NCBI GenBank assembly: GCA_019358915.1
Contig: JAHHIM010000001.1
Span: 160,001 to 224,000 of the forward strand
Reading direction: 5' to 3'
Length of the DNA stretch: 64,000 bases
Origin: Trichormus sp. ATA11-4-KO1
Lineage (GTDB): Bacteria; Cyanobacteriota; Cyanobacteriia; Cyanobacteriales; Nostocaceae
Shown here: piece after piece, positions 1 to 10,097 of the stretch
Layout: each line of letters starts with the position of its first letter
Position numbering within the stretch: the stretch's first letter is position 1
Notes under the pieces: generated by a model
Seen by the model: only the letters and a program-made list of their open reading frames with translations
What the model was told of the DNA's origin: nothing
Database searches by the model: none
Program-made: the position numbers and the translations under genes

Positions 1-1
1 G

Positions 2-493
2 GAAGTTCATTTTTGGATTCCCCTGTCTTTAGAAATCTACAGACAGCCAATTGAAGCAGCAATTAAGCGTTACGGTTTACAGGCTACAGTCGTATCAGGT
101 CAACAAAAAGAAGTATTTGCCGCAGCTGATTTTGCTATTACCAAATCTGGCACTGTCAATTTAGAACTGGCTTTGTTAAATGTGCCGCAAGTTGTGGTTT
201 ATCGCCTCAATCCCATCACAGTTTGGATTGCTCGGAAAATTCTCAAAGGTTCTATACCTTTTGCCTCTCCACCTAATTTAGTGGTCATGAAGCCGATTGT
301 GCCAGAGTTATTACAAGAGCAAGCCACACCAGAAAATATTACCCAAGCGGCGATGGAATTACTGCTAAATCCTGAGCGCCGACAGCAAACTTTAGCAGAT
401 TATGCACAAATGCGGCAAAATTTGGGAGAAGTAGGAGTATGCGATCGCGTTGCTCAAGAAATTTTGCAAATGCTACCGGGTATTGGGGAATGA
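2..493 (+). CDS. lpxB: Lipid-A-disaccharide synthase, C-terminal part (gene starts before the window)
   Basis: The frame is open from base 2 and reads ...AADFAITKSGTVNLELALLNVPQVVVY...PNLV...IVPELLQ, the conserved LpxB C-terminal motifs. Confidence 0.9.
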   Translation, partial: EVHFWIPLSLEIYRQPIEAAIKRYGLQATVVSGQQKEVFAAADFAITKSGTVNLELALLNVPQVVVYRLNPITVWIARKILKGSIPFASPPNLVVMKPIVPELLQEQATPENITQAAMELLLNPERRQQTLADYAQMRQNLGEVGVCDRVAQEILQMLPGIGE

Positions 494-499
494 GGAGTG

Positions 500-522
500 T
501 ACTTCGACTGCGCTCAGTAACC
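500..522. repeat. Small dispersed repeat (CTTCGACTNCGCTCAG core)
   Basis: TACTTCGACTGCGCTCAGTAACC; a related copy CCCTTCGACTTCGCTCAGGGCCAG lies at 44693-44716. Both sit within STRR heptamer tracts. Confidence 0.6.
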
Positions 523-604
523 GGGGAGTGGGGGGACAAGGGGAAATTACTAAATATTAAGTTCTTTCCCTAATCCCTCTCAACCTAATTCTTTGAGAGG
601 TGTT

Positions 605-1870
605 ATGGCTTATGAGTTGAGAAAACAACGGCCGATCGCAGTTGATTTATTTGCCGGTGCAGGTGGTATGACCCTTGGCTTTGAACAAGCTGGCTTTGAT
701 GTGTTGGCATCTGTGGAAATTGACCCTATCCATTGTGCAACACATGAGTTTAATTTTCCTTTCTGCTCAGTGTTGTGTAAAAGTGTTGAAGATACCACAG
801 GAGAGGAAATTCGGCATCGTTCACAGATTGGCGATCGCGAAATTGATGTGGTGCTTTGTGGCTCACCATGTCAAGGCTTTTCGCTCATGGGCAAACGGAT
901 TTTTGATGACCCGCGAAACTCTTTGGTATTTCACTTTCATCGGTTGGTTTTGCAGCTACAACCGAAATTTTTTGTCATGGAAAATGTCCGGGGTATCACA
1001 GTTGGTAAACACAAACAAATTCTGCAAGCCTTGATTAGCGAGTTTAAAAATAATGGCTATCAGGTAGAAGAAAATTATCAAGTTCTCAACGCTGCCCATT
1101 ATGGAGTTCCACAGTCCCGTGACAGATTATTTCTCTTAGGAGCAAGAGCAGATATAACATTACCTAAATATCCTCAGCCAATTACCAAACCTGCAAAGCC
1201 AAATGCTCTCCAACAGACAAATTCATCTATACTTCCTGATAGCCCAACAGTATGGGAAGCGATCGCAGATTTGCCAGAAGTAGAACAATATTTAGAGCTA
1301 CTAGAGAAGGACTGGGTAGTAGTAGAATATGGCAAGCCTAGTGATTACGCCTGGAAACTTCGCGGTATCAGCACTTTAGCTGATGATTATGCGTATATTC
1401 GCCAATTCGATTCCCGAATTCTCACTTCCAGTCTCCGGACAAAACACTCAACGGCAACTGTTCAACGCTTTGCTAAGACAAGTCAGGGAGAAAGAGAACC
1501 GATTAGTCGTTTCCATAAATTACATCCTGCTGGCGTTTGTAACACTCTACGAGCAGGTACTGATAAATATCGAGGTTCTTTTACCTCTCCTAGACCAATT
1601 CATCCTATTACACCCCGTTGCATCACAGTGAGAGAAGCAGCGAGATTACATTCTTATCCCGACTGGTTCAGATTTCATGTCACCAAATGGCACGGATTCC
1701 GCCAAGTTGGTAACTCTGTACCCCCCCTACTCGCAAAAGCTGTGGCAGCAGAAATTATTCGCAGTTTAAATATTCTACCTTTTAAGCCTAGTTTTCAATA
1801 TCAGTTGGGAACAGAGGCGCTATTAAAACTTACGATGTCGCAAGCAACACAACGTTATAGTAATTCGTAA
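605..1870 (+). CDS. Orphan C5-cytosine DNA methyltransferase
   Basis: Motif I DLFAGAGG, catalytic motif IV GSPCQGFS, motif VI ENV, motif VIII QSRDR and motif X QVGNSVP are all present. ATG 605 chosen as start. No adjacent restriction endonuclease. Confidence 0.93.
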   Translation: MAYELRKQRPIAVDLFAGAGGMTLGFEQAGFDVLASVEIDPIHCATHEFNFPFCSVLCKSVEDTTGEEIRHRSQIGDREIDVVLCGSPCQGFSLMGKRIFDDPRNSLVFHFHRLVLQLQPKFFVMENVRGITVGKHKQILQALISEFKNNGYQVEENYQVLNAAHYGVPQSRDRLFLLGARADITLPKYPQPITKPAKPNALQQTNSSILPDSPTVWEAIADLPEVEQYLELLEKDWVVVEYGKPSDYAWKLRGISTLADDYAYIRQFDSRILTSSLRTKHSTATVQRFAKTSQGEREPISRFHKLHPAGVCNTLRAGTDKYRGSFTSPRPIHPITPRCITVREAARLHSYPDWFRFHVTKWHGFRQVGNSVPPLLAKAVAAEIIRSLNILPFKPSFQYQLGTEALLKLTMSQATQRYSNS

Positions 1871-1893
1871 TTCGTAATTCAGAAGTTTGTTTA

Positions 1894-2847
1894 TTAAGTC
1901 CAGGCGCGAAAGAATGTACTATCTTCCCAGATACTAGCTGTACGTTGAGCGATCGCAGTTAATTCTTGCTCACTTAGAGGCTGAAAAGCACGGGCTATCT
2001 TGACATTACTCTCTAATTGTGCAGTTGTTTCAGCCGCAATCACGCAGCAATGTACCCCTGGTTGAGACATGGCGTATCCTAAAGCTTGTTGCATACCTGT
2101 TAACCCACCGGGTTTAAACAACCGACCATAAGCCGGGACTTTCATGGCAATTACCCCAATATTCTTTTCTTGAGCAACTGGCATGACTACGGGAAGAAAC
2201 GGACGCGGGTGATGTTTGTCGGCGGCATTCACAGGAATTAGTGTAGCGTGAAAGGGATAGCGGCGCAGTCCTTCGGCAATTATTTCTGGGTCATGATGTC
2301 CGGTAATACCTGCGAACTGGACAAGTTTTTGCTGTATGGCTTCTTCCAAGGCTTGAATTGCCCCAGATGCACTAAAGATAGTGTCAAGTTCTTGGTTAAA
2401 AGAAACGTGATGTAACTGCCATAAATCAAGATAATCTGTATTTAGACGTTTAAGCGATCGCTCTAATTCTCGCCATGCACCATCCCGGTCTCTTTTATCA
2501 GTCTTGCTGGCTAGAAACAGCTTTGAGCGATGAGGTCGCAGAACTTTTCCCAAATAATCTTCACTGGGGCCATAACTAGCCGCCGTATCAAAGTAGCGGA
2601 TACCTAGTTCCAAAGCTTTTTGAATAATTGCCTCTGCATCACGTTCTCTACCATTCCAGGATAGGGGTGTTTGTCCTGCTCCTCCTAAACCGAAAATAGG
2701 AAGTTTTACATTTGTGCGTCCTAGTACTCGTTCTGGCATGGTTGCGGTTGGTTTAGCCGCCTGTTGCAAGGCAGTAGTTGCTGTAATACCACCAGCGACA
2801 GCAACAGTGGTAAGTAAAAAATTGCGCCGTGTCTGTTTTTCTGTCAT
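1894..2847 (-). CDS. Aldo/keto reductase with Tat-like signal peptide
   Basis: AKR motifs GIRYFDTAASYG, LASK and SLKRLNTDYLDLWQLH; N-terminal TRRNFL twin-arginine motif followed by a hydrophobic stretch. Confidence 0.88.
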   Translation of the reverse strand: MTEKQTRRNFLLTTVAVAGGITATTALQQAAKPTATMPERVLGRTNVKLPIFGLGGAGQTPLSWNGRERDAEAIIQKALELGIRYFDTAASYGPSEDYLGKVLRPHRSKLFLASKTDKRDRDGAWRELERSLKRLNTDYLDLWQLHHVSFNQELDTIFSASGAIQALEEAIQQKLVQFAGITGHHDPEIIAEGLRRYPFHATLIPVNAADKHHPRPFLPVVMPVAQEKNIGVIAMKVPAYGRLFKPGGLTGMQQALGYAMSQPGVHCCVIAAETTAQLESNVKIARAFQPLSEQELTAIAQRTASIWEDSTFFRAWT

Positions 2848-3106
2848 GGTCGCTTCAGCGAAATTGCTTCTTTTATGTTAACGAGAGATAGCTTGATAAA
2901 AATGCCCGGCATTTAAAATCTCCTTCCACAAACTACCTTTGAGCCTGGTCGGTTCAAACCCGATTTAATGATCGCCTGTGGACACGAATGAGAGAATCCA
3001 TACTACCCTTAATCCTTAAAGATTTTCTCATTTAGGTATGATTTGGAGAGTAAACGAGGGATAACTAAAGATAGTTCCATTTCAAGTGACTTTTCGTAGT
3101 TGCTAT

Positions 3107-3838
3107 ATGACCTATTGTCTCAGAATTGCCGATATACCCACAAATGAGCGTCCACGTGAGCGTTTAATGACCCACGGTCCCAAAATTTTAGCCACAGCTG
3201 AGTTAATAGCAATTCTCTTAGGCACTGGTCAAGGGCCGGGAAAGCTTTCAGCTGTGGGATTGGGACAGTATCTGTTGCAACAATTGGGTCAACATCAACG
3301 TGACCCATTGGCAGTTCTGCGAGAAGTCACCCCTGCTGAATTAATGCAGATTCCTGGTATTGGCCCAGCGAAGGCAACAACTATCCTAGCAGCGATTGAG
3401 TTGGGCAAACGTACCTTTCAATTTCGTCCTTTAGATAGCACACCAATTGATAATCCAATTGTTGCTGCTGCTGCACTCAGTCAAGACTTAATGTGGCAGA
3501 CACAAGAACGTTTTGCTGTGTTGCTATTAGATGTGAAAAATCACTTGTTAGGAACAAAAATAATTACTATTGGTACTGCGACGGAAACCCTTGCATCTCC
3601 CCGTGAGATTTTTCGGGAAGTCATTCGTCAAGGTGCAACACGGGTAATAGTTGCCCACAATCATCCCTCTGGTAACCTTGAACCCAGCCAGGAAGATCAA
3701 GAATTAACACGCCAGTTATTATTGGGTGCACAGTTTTTGGGCATTCCGTTGTTAGATCATTTAATTTTAGGCAACGGCAATCATCAGAGTTTGCGTGAGA
3801 TTACGACCTTATGGAATGAGTATCCCCAGGGTGATTAA
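3107..3838 (+). CDS. radC: RadC (JAB domain) protein
   Basis: ERPRERL N-terminus, HhH motif GIGPAKA, and JAB motif AHNHPSG...PS.ED...LLDH. Confidence 0.93.
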   Translation: MTYCLRIADIPTNERPRERLMTHGPKILATAELIAILLGTGQGPGKLSAVGLGQYLLQQLGQHQRDPLAVLREVTPAELMQIPGIGPAKATTILAAIELGKRTFQFRPLDSTPIDNPIVAAAALSQDLMWQTQERFAVLLLDVKNHLLGTKIITIGTATETLASPREIFREVIRQGATRVIVAHNHPSGNLEPSQEDQELTRQLLLGAQFLGIPLLDHLILGNGNHQSLREITTLWNEYPQGD

Positions 3839-3849
3839 TCAGGTATTGA

Positions 3850-3968
3850 TTGACGCTCTCCCAACTAGAAGTAAGGAGATTCACAAAGCATTGCTTATCC
3901 CTCATTTGTCACTTTGGGAGAATCCAATCGCTCAAATGGTTACGGTGCTTTAGTTTCCACTTTTCGTC
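3850..3968 (-). mobile_element. Probable IS200/IS605-family right-end relic with no transposase or TnpB gene
   Basis: The minus strand ends GAATCTCCTTACTTCTAGTTGGGAGAGCGTCAA, a subterminal hairpin followed by TCAA, resembling cyanobacterial IS605-type right ends. The extent of the element is approximate. Confidence 0.5.
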
Positions 3969-4030
3969 TATGAATTTTAGTTTCTGTTAGGAAATAAAGC
4001 CTCTTTTCCTTCTGGGCTGACTGATCCGTC

Positions 4031-6514
4031 TTAAGTCAAAATTGCTCCACCCATTAACCGTTCATAGCGATACTTCAACTCTGCTTTCATTAATTGCCAA
4101 CGTTCCAGAGTAGCATCCATTTCTATCACTTTCTCTGCCGCTTGTCTGGCTAACAGTAAAATTTCCTCGTCTTCGACTAAACTTGCTAAAGTAAAATCAG
4201 GTACACCCGATTGACGAGTTCCTAGTACTTCCCCAGGGCCACGAAAACGCATATCCATTTCTGAAATGAAAAAGCCATCTTGAGATTGTTCCAGTACTTT
4301 CAGGCGTTGTTGAGCATCAGGACTGCGAGAACTACTCATTAATAAACAATAAGACTGAGCGGCACCACGTCCAACACGTCCGCGTAATTGGTGGAGTTGA
4401 GATAAGCCAAATCTTTCAGCATTTTCAATGAGCATTACTGTAGCATTAGGTACGTCTACACCCACTTCTACAACTGTAGTAGAAACTAATATTTGCGTTT
4501 GATTGTCGCGGAATTTGGTAATTGCTTCATCTTTATCAGCCGAACTCATCCGACCATGCAGTAATCCTACTTGAAAGTCTGGAAAAATACTTTCTTGTAA
4601 CTTTTGATGTTCCTCTACAGCCGATCGCAAGTCCAATTTTTCTGATTCTTCTACCAGGGGCAAAACTATATAAACTTGTCTTCCTTGAGCAATTTCCCGA
4701 CGCATCAAATCGTAAGCCTGAGGCCGTTGCTGTCCTGTTAATACAGTTGTCTGAATTTTTTGCCTTCCTGGTGGTAATTCATCAATTTGGCTAACATTCA
4801 TATCCCCATGTATAGTTAATGCCAATGTCCGGGGAATGGGGGTAGCTGTCATAGTTAATACATGCGGTTGTTCACCTTTTTGCTGCAATAGCGCTCTTTG
4901 TTTGACACCGAAGCGATGCTGTTCATCAATTACCACTAATCCCAATTGCTGAAAGTTTACAGGGTCTTGAATTAAAGCATGAGTTCCCACTAACAAAGGT
5001 AATTCACCAGTTAGTAGCTGAGAATGTATTTCTCGCCGTTTCGCTGTTTTGGTGGAACCTGTAAGTAATTCCACAGGTAAATGTAACAGATTAAACCAGC
5101 CAACTAACTTACGATAATGCTGTTCTGCCAAAACTTCTGTAGGAGCCATCAAAGCAGCTTGGTAGCCTGATTGAATAGCGGCGAGGATCGCAATTACCGC
5201 CACCACAGTTTTACCTGAACCCACATCGCCCTGTACCAGACGATTCATCGGTGTAGGTTTTTGCAAGTCGTTGAGAATATCGTTAAGAACTCGTTGCTGA
5301 GCGCCAGTGAGTTGAAAAGGCAGGATTTTGGAGAATTGTTCAATTAGCTGACCTTTGGGAGCTAAAATAGCGCTGGTTTGGATAGCCTTGGCTTGCTGTT
5401 GACGTTGCAATAAACCGAGTTGCAGGTAAAAAAATTCATCAAAGACTAAACGACGACGAGCAATTTGTAAGGTAGCACTATCATCAGGAAAATGAATATT
5501 AGCGATCGCATCTTTCAATTCCATCAAATTATACTTTTCCCGCAAACCTCTGGGCAGGGGGTCTTTGAGGTGAATTGTCGCTGGCAAAACGGCAGTTACG
5601 GCTTGTCTCACCATGTTTGCCATCACACCCTCAGTTAAGGCATAAATTGGTACTACTCTACCGATAGTCAACGAATCAATCGTATCGCCTGGATGTGCTA
5701 ACACTTCCAGTTCTGGATTATCCAGAGTCAAGCCGTATTTACTTCCTTTCACCAACCCACAAGCCGCCAAAATGCTACCTACTGGGTAACGACGTTTTAA
5801 ACTCTCCTGCCAAGCACGACTAGTAAAACGCGCACCAGCAGAAAAGCGACTAATTTTAATTTGACCCGTATTATCTTTAAGTATTAATTCTAAAATTGAT
5901 AATTTCTTATTCTTAGGGCTAGTAAAACAATTACAACGCTTTACACTAGCAACTATTGTCACTGTTTCACCAGCTTGCAACTCCCGGATATTCACTTGAC
6001 GGGCATAGTCAATATGATCTCGGGGATAATAAAACAGCAAATCCCGCACAGTGTATACATTCAACGCTGCCAATTTATCAGCCTTGCGGATGCCTATTTC
6101 TGGTAAATCGCTGAGTCTTTGGTCAATGTTTGGCGCCAGTCTCCGGCTCACTTCAGCAACAATAGGCGATTTGGGATTGATGATTTGGGATTGATAAATT
6201 CTTTTTTGCGCCTCTGTGCTTCGGCTCCTCGGCTCCTCTTCCTCTTGCTGTAATTGGTAGAGATACCTACGAGTTTCAGCTACTAAGTGCTGTCTTTCTT
6301 CTAGTTCCAGATGGGGATAATCAGCAAATTGTACCGCTAGTTCTTGCCAACGGCGGCGCTCGATTGGGGGCAAAGCTGTGGGGAATTTACCAAAAGTCAG
6401 GCTGAGAAATTCACTGAAACGGTATTGTTTGCCCACCAAATCCGTAAAGCCTTTATCAGCCTCTATCGCTAAGGCTTTATGCAATCGTATCCAATCTGGT
6501 TTGTCATTATTCAT
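4031..6514 (-). CDS. recG: ATP-dependent DNA helicase RecG
   Basis: QGDVGSGKT, DEQHRFG, MTATPIPRT and QLHQLRGRVGRG motifs. Confidence 0.97.
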   Translation of the reverse strand: MNNDKPDWIRLHKALAIEADKGFTDLVGKQYRFSEFLSLTFGKFPTALPPIERRRWQELAVQFADYPHLELEERQHLVAETRRYLYQLQQEEEEPRSRSTEAQKRIYQSQIINPKSPIVAEVSRRLAPNIDQRLSDLPEIGIRKADKLAALNVYTVRDLLFYYPRDHIDYARQVNIRELQAGETVTIVASVKRCNCFTSPKNKKLSILELILKDNTGQIKISRFSAGARFTSRAWQESLKRRYPVGSILAACGLVKGSKYGLTLDNPELEVLAHPGDTIDSLTIGRVVPIYALTEGVMANMVRQAVTAVLPATIHLKDPLPRGLREKYNLMELKDAIANIHFPDDSATLQIARRRLVFDEFFYLQLGLLQRQQQAKAIQTSAILAPKGQLIEQFSKILPFQLTGAQQRVLNDILNDLQKPTPMNRLVQGDVGSGKTVVAVIAILAAIQSGYQAALMAPTEVLAEQHYRKLVGWFNLLHLPVELLTGSTKTAKRREIHSQLLTGELPLLVGTHALIQDPVNFQQLGLVVIDEQHRFGVKQRALLQQKGEQPHVLTMTATPIPRTLALTIHGDMNVSQIDELPPGRQKIQTTVLTGQQRPQAYDLMRREIAQGRQVYIVLPLVEESEKLDLRSAVEEHQKLQESIFPDFQVGLLHGRMSSADKDEAITKFRDNQTQILVSTTVVEVGVDVPNATVMLIENAERFGLSQLHQLRGRVGRGAAQSYCLLMSSSRSPDAQQRLKVLEQSQDGFFISEMDMRFRGPGEVLGTRQSGVPDFTLASLVEDEEILLLARQAAEKVIEMDATLERWQLMKAELKYRYERLMGGAILT

Positions 6515-6589
6515 TGGTTGTTGGGCATTGGGTATTAGAAATTAAATTTTTCTCCTTATCCCCCCATCCCCTTGTCCCCACTCCCCATT

Positions 6590-7432
6590 TTATTCAAACC
6601 AACTAGCACGCCATGCGGCTTCGGCTTCGGCAACTGAGCGTTCTCGTTGCTTTTTCTGATACTCTCGCCCTAGCTTGTTTAGCTGAACTAAAACATTGCG
6701 AATTTGCCTCCGGGCAGATGCAAGGGTCGCGTCGGCAAATTCAATTTCCCCCAATCTGAGGTTAATAGCCATAATTTGCGTCAGGCTTGAGTCTTCTGCA
6801 TCCTGTTCATTTTCAATTTCAATGACCAAGTTTAAGAGGTTGGGTGGTCCTGGCATGACCTCGGCAGATGCTTCTGATACAGCCGCAGCTGCTTCTAAAA
6901 CGGGTTCTGGTAATTTCTTAGGTAAAATACTAGCTTTTTGTAGTAAAAGATTAGCTTCGTGGGAGACATTTTTCAGAACCTGTTGTGTCATCTCTTCCAG
7001 GCTTTGTTGCCACTGTGCTAGTTCTATTGGGTTGGAGGGATCAGGGGTAAAAATTTTGGGAAATGAAGTTATCCGAGGTAAATTAGATGCGTCAGATAAA
7101 AAATATGTGACTACCTGATCTTCTTCATCTTCTTCATCTTCCTGATTGTTCTCACTCTTGATACAAGTAAGTAATAGTTCAGCCGCCTGTTGACCCAAAT
7201 TGCGGATGGCTTGTTGCAATTGTTGGCGCTGATTTAAAGATAAACTCAGGAAGTTTTCGGGATATCCTTGGGTACAAAGATGGTAACTGGCTAAAACCAG
7301 CTGTTTTTGCAAGGCTTGTCCTAAAGTCGTTAAATAACTGGCATAAGCACTGTAGAGTTCTGCTGCGATCGCCTGGATTGCTTCTTGCAGCGCTGCAATA
7401 TCCCGCTCAATTAGGTCAATTGCTCTGGCCAT
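6590..7432 (-). CDS. Hypothetical helical/coiled-coil protein
   Basis: 280-aa ORF with native codon usage and HIP1 sites, co-oriented upstream of recG; no recognisable motif. Confidence 0.75.
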   Translation of the reverse strand: MARAIDLIERDIAALQEAIQAIAAELYSAYASYLTTLGQALQKQLVLASYHLCTQGYPENFLSLSLNQRQQLQQAIRNLGQQAAELLLTCIKSENNQEDEEDEEDQVVTYFLSDASNLPRITSFPKIFTPDPSNPIELAQWQQSLEEMTQQVLKNVSHEANLLLQKASILPKKLPEPVLEAAAAVSEASAEVMPGPPNLLNLVIEIENEQDAEDSSLTQIMAINLRLGEIEFADATLASARRQIRNVLVQLNKLGREYQKKQRERSVAEAEAAWRASWFE

Positions 7433-7704
7433 ATCTTCTCTTCTTAACTGCCCATCTAATAGCGTTGCGTCGCGTAAGTCATACCTTATTATGGTACAAA
7501 TGTACGCATCTATTTTAAAAAAATTATCTTCAGGATTTTAGATTTTACGAACTTTTTATATTTACAACGTTTTTCAATCAATTAAACTACACAATGACCT
7601 AACTCGCCACTCCTAACTGTGGTCTATTAATAAAACACAGGCCAGCTGATTTTAACTGACCTGTGATGACAGAAGTGATGAGTTACAAAGCAGACTTCTC
7701 TCTA

Positions 7705-7830
7705 ATATCATGTCCGGTTAATCAAACTAAATAAAAATGTTTGCTTGTAGTCAGGACTTTAGTCCTGTCTGTAGGGACTGAAGTCCCTACTACAAACTGT
7801 TTATTATAGGTGATTTGGCGGACATCATAT
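7705..7830. mobile_element. MITE-like repeat
   Basis: Imperfect terminal inverted repeats ATATCATGTCCGGTTAATCA / TGATTTGGCGGACATCATAT around an internal palindrome TTGTAGT-AGGACT...AGTCCCTACTACAA. Confidence 0.55.
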
Positions 7831-7852
7831 AACTCCTAACTTCTTACTAAAG

Positions 7853-8797
7853 TTACTTGCTACCCATTTGTGCGGCAACTTCTTCAGCAAAATTACTTTC
7901 TTGCTTCTCAATGCCTTCACCGAGGATATAGCGCACAAAGCGACTGACTTGGATGTCTTCGCCTAGTTGTCCCTTAACTTGTTTGACCAAGTCTTCCACA
8001 GAGATGCTTTGATCGCGAATGAAAGGTTGATCTAGCAAAGTCAATTCTTTCAGACGTTTTTCAATTCGTCCCTGAACAATCTTTTCTTTGATGTTATCTG
8101 GCTTATTGGCCAAATCATCTCGCCCCATTTCAATGTCTTTTTCTTTTTGGGCGATTTCGGCAGGGATTTGGTCTACACTTACATACTCGACGTTGGGGCA
8201 AGCTGCAACTTGCATAGCAGTGTTCCGTGCCAAGGTTTGAAACTCTTCTTTCCCAGCTGCTGACTCAGTTTGGGCATTCAGTTCTACCAAAACACCAACT
8301 CTACCACCAGTGTGAATGTAACTGTCTACTATACCCTGCTGGCCTTCTGCGAGGGCAAAGTTGATAAAGCGACGCACCTGAATATTTTCACCTAGCTGGG
8401 CAATGGTTTGCTTGATGAACTCTTCTACAGTCGTGCTTTGATCTTCAATGTAGGGTTGAGCCAATAATGACTCAACACTATCAGCCGTCGCTGCTTGCTG
8501 GGCTAGATTCTTGACTAGAGCTTTAAAAGCTTCGTTACGGGCTACAAAATCGGTTTGGCAGTTGACTTCTATGAGTACACCTACCCGACCGCCGGGTTGA
8601 ATGTAGGTATCTACTAGACCCTCTGCCGCAATGCGATCGCTTTTTTTACCCGCCGAGGCGATGCCTTTTTGTCGCAGCCATTCGATAGCTGTTTCTATGT
8701 TGCCATCAGTTTCTTTCAGCGCTTTTTTGCAGTCCATCATGCCTGCACCAGTTTTTTGGCGTAGCTCTTGGACGAGTTTTGCAGATATTTCCGCCAT
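7853..8797 (-). CDS. tsf: Elongation factor Ts
   Basis: [16 protein letters not shown] and [10 protein letters not shown] motifs; lies downstream of rpsB. Confidence 0.98.
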   Translation of the reverse strand: MAEISAKLVQELRQKTGAGMMDCKKALKETDGNIETAIEWLRQKGIASAGKKSDRIAAEGLVDTYIQPGGRVGVLIEVNCQTDFVARNEAFKALVKNLAQQAATADSVESLLAQPYIEDQSTTVEEFIKQTIAQLGENIQVRRFINFALAEGQQGIVDSYIHTGGRVGVLVELNAQTESAAGKEEFQTLARNTAMQVAACPNVEYVSVDQIPAEIAQKEKDIEMGRDDLANKPDNIKEKIVQGRIEKRLKELTLLDQPFIRDQSISVEDLVKQVKGQLGEDIQVSRFVRYILGEGIEKQESNFAEEVAAQMGSK

Positions 8798-8994
8798 GTT
8801 GCCTCAATTCCTAACTTGACCTTGAGTTGTAATCGCTCACGGGTGTTGAGTATTTCTATCTTACTCAGGGCTGGGGAAGAAAAAGCGATGAAGTATGAAC
8901 TGTAAAGAATTGAGTATGAAGTGTGAGCTTTTTCGTCTCCATACTCATTGCTAAGTGCAGTACTTAGTATTGAAGTACTTGGTACATACTCCGC

Positions 8995-9100
8995 ACGCCA
9001 GTTACTCCACAGTTGGAAACTAAATGCCCCTTTGGGTGATGCCTCCGCCACACCAAGGGTGGTAAGGCCAAAACAGGGGCTACCTCACTGCATTGCTCCC
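8995..9100. repeat. Nested small dispersed hairpin repeats in the rpsB-tsf spacer
   Basis: An ACGCCAG...GGAAAC / CACTGCATTGCTCC frame resembles the reverse complement of the 46-bp element at 28197-28242. It is interrupted by a GCCCCT...CCCTTTGGGTG...CACCAAGGG...AGGGGC stem-loop. Confidence 0.45.
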
Positions 9101-9136
9101 ATAGTGGGCGGTCTTTTCATCACCGCACTCTATCAT

Positions 9137-9931
9137 TTAGTTTTCTGGCTCTTCATCGTCAGACGACGATTCAGCGTACTCGCTTTCGTCGTAGTCTTCG
9201 TCATACTCAGCACCATCGTAATCTTCGTAATCTTCTTCTGTATCCAACTGACCGTGACGACCTTCATAAATTGCATCCGCCAATTTGCCAACTATTAACT
9301 TAATTGAGCGAATGGCATCATCATTAGCGGGGATGGGAATATCTACTACATCCGGGTCACAGTTTGTATCTAGCATAGATACTATCGGCAGTCCGAGTTT
9401 TTGGCATTCTTGAACTGCGTTATACTCCCGCCTTTGGTCTACAATTACTACCACATCGGGAACTTTGCGCATATTCTTAATACCACCAAGGTATTTTTGC
9501 AGCTTCGTCATCTCGCGACGCAACATGGAAGCTTCTTTTTTGGGCAATAAATCTAGTGCGCCATTTTCTTCCCGGCGTTCTAAATCTTTGAGGCGGTCGG
9601 CTCTGGTTTTGATGGTGGCCCAGTTGGTGAGCATTCCACCCAACCAACGCTGGTTAATGTAGTGAGAACCACAACGTGCTGCTTCTTGGGCTATAATTCC
9701 GGCGGCTTGGCGCTTGGTACCAACAAAGAGGAATTTTTTCCCCTGCTCAGACTGCGATCGCATATAGGCATAAGCATCTTCCATTAACTGGGCAGTCTGC
9801 ACCAAGTCGATGATGTGTACACCATTGCGGGAAGTATAAATGTAAGGAGACATTTTTGGGTTCCACCGCCGGGTTTGATGCCCAAAGTGAACCCCTGACT
9901 CCATCATTTGAGCCAATGAAACGACTGGCAT
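9137..9931 (-). CDS. rpsB: 30S ribosomal protein S2
   Basis: [27 protein letters not shown]; the start is ATG 9931 with an upstream AGGAG, not the ORF-track start at 10066. Confidence 0.98.
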   Translation of the reverse strand: MPVVSLAQMMESGVHFGHQTRRWNPKMSPYIYTSRNGVHIIDLVQTAQLMEDAYAYMRSQSEQGKKFLFVGTKRQAAGIIAQEAARCGSHYINQRWLGGMLTNWATIKTRADRLKDLERREENGALDLLPKKEASMLRREMTKLQKYLGGIKNMRKVPDVVVIVDQRREYNAVQECQKLGLPIVSMLDTNCDPDVVDIPIPANDDAIRSIKLIVGKLADAIYEGRHGQLDTEEDYEDYDGAEYDEDYDESEYAESSSDDEEPEN

Positions 9932-9944
9932 ATATTTTTCTCCT

Positions 9945-10012
9945 ATTCGGGTTAAACCTCCATCCAGTTGTATTTCCCTAAAAGGAAACACCCGAATTAC
10001 TGGATGTGCGAG
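9945..10012 (-). ncRNA. rpsB 5' leader (t44/S2 autoregulatory RNA-like)
   Basis: Minus strand GCACAUCCAGU-aauuCGGGUG-...-ACUGGAUGGAGG-uuuAACCCG forms an outer stem, with a CGGGU/ACCCG pseudoknot pairing and the UGGAGG motif typical of rpsB leaders. Confidence 0.75.
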
Positions 10013-10097
10013 ATTAGACAACCCTTCTAGCTTACCATAGGAACTTGCTGATTTAAACCAAGACATTTCCTCAAGATAAATTTTCCCACGCCCTCAT

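Noticed and set aside
8737..9298. ORFs in and around the rpsB-tsf spacer
   Set aside because: They overlap rpsB/tsf out of frame or antisense and run through repeat DNA.
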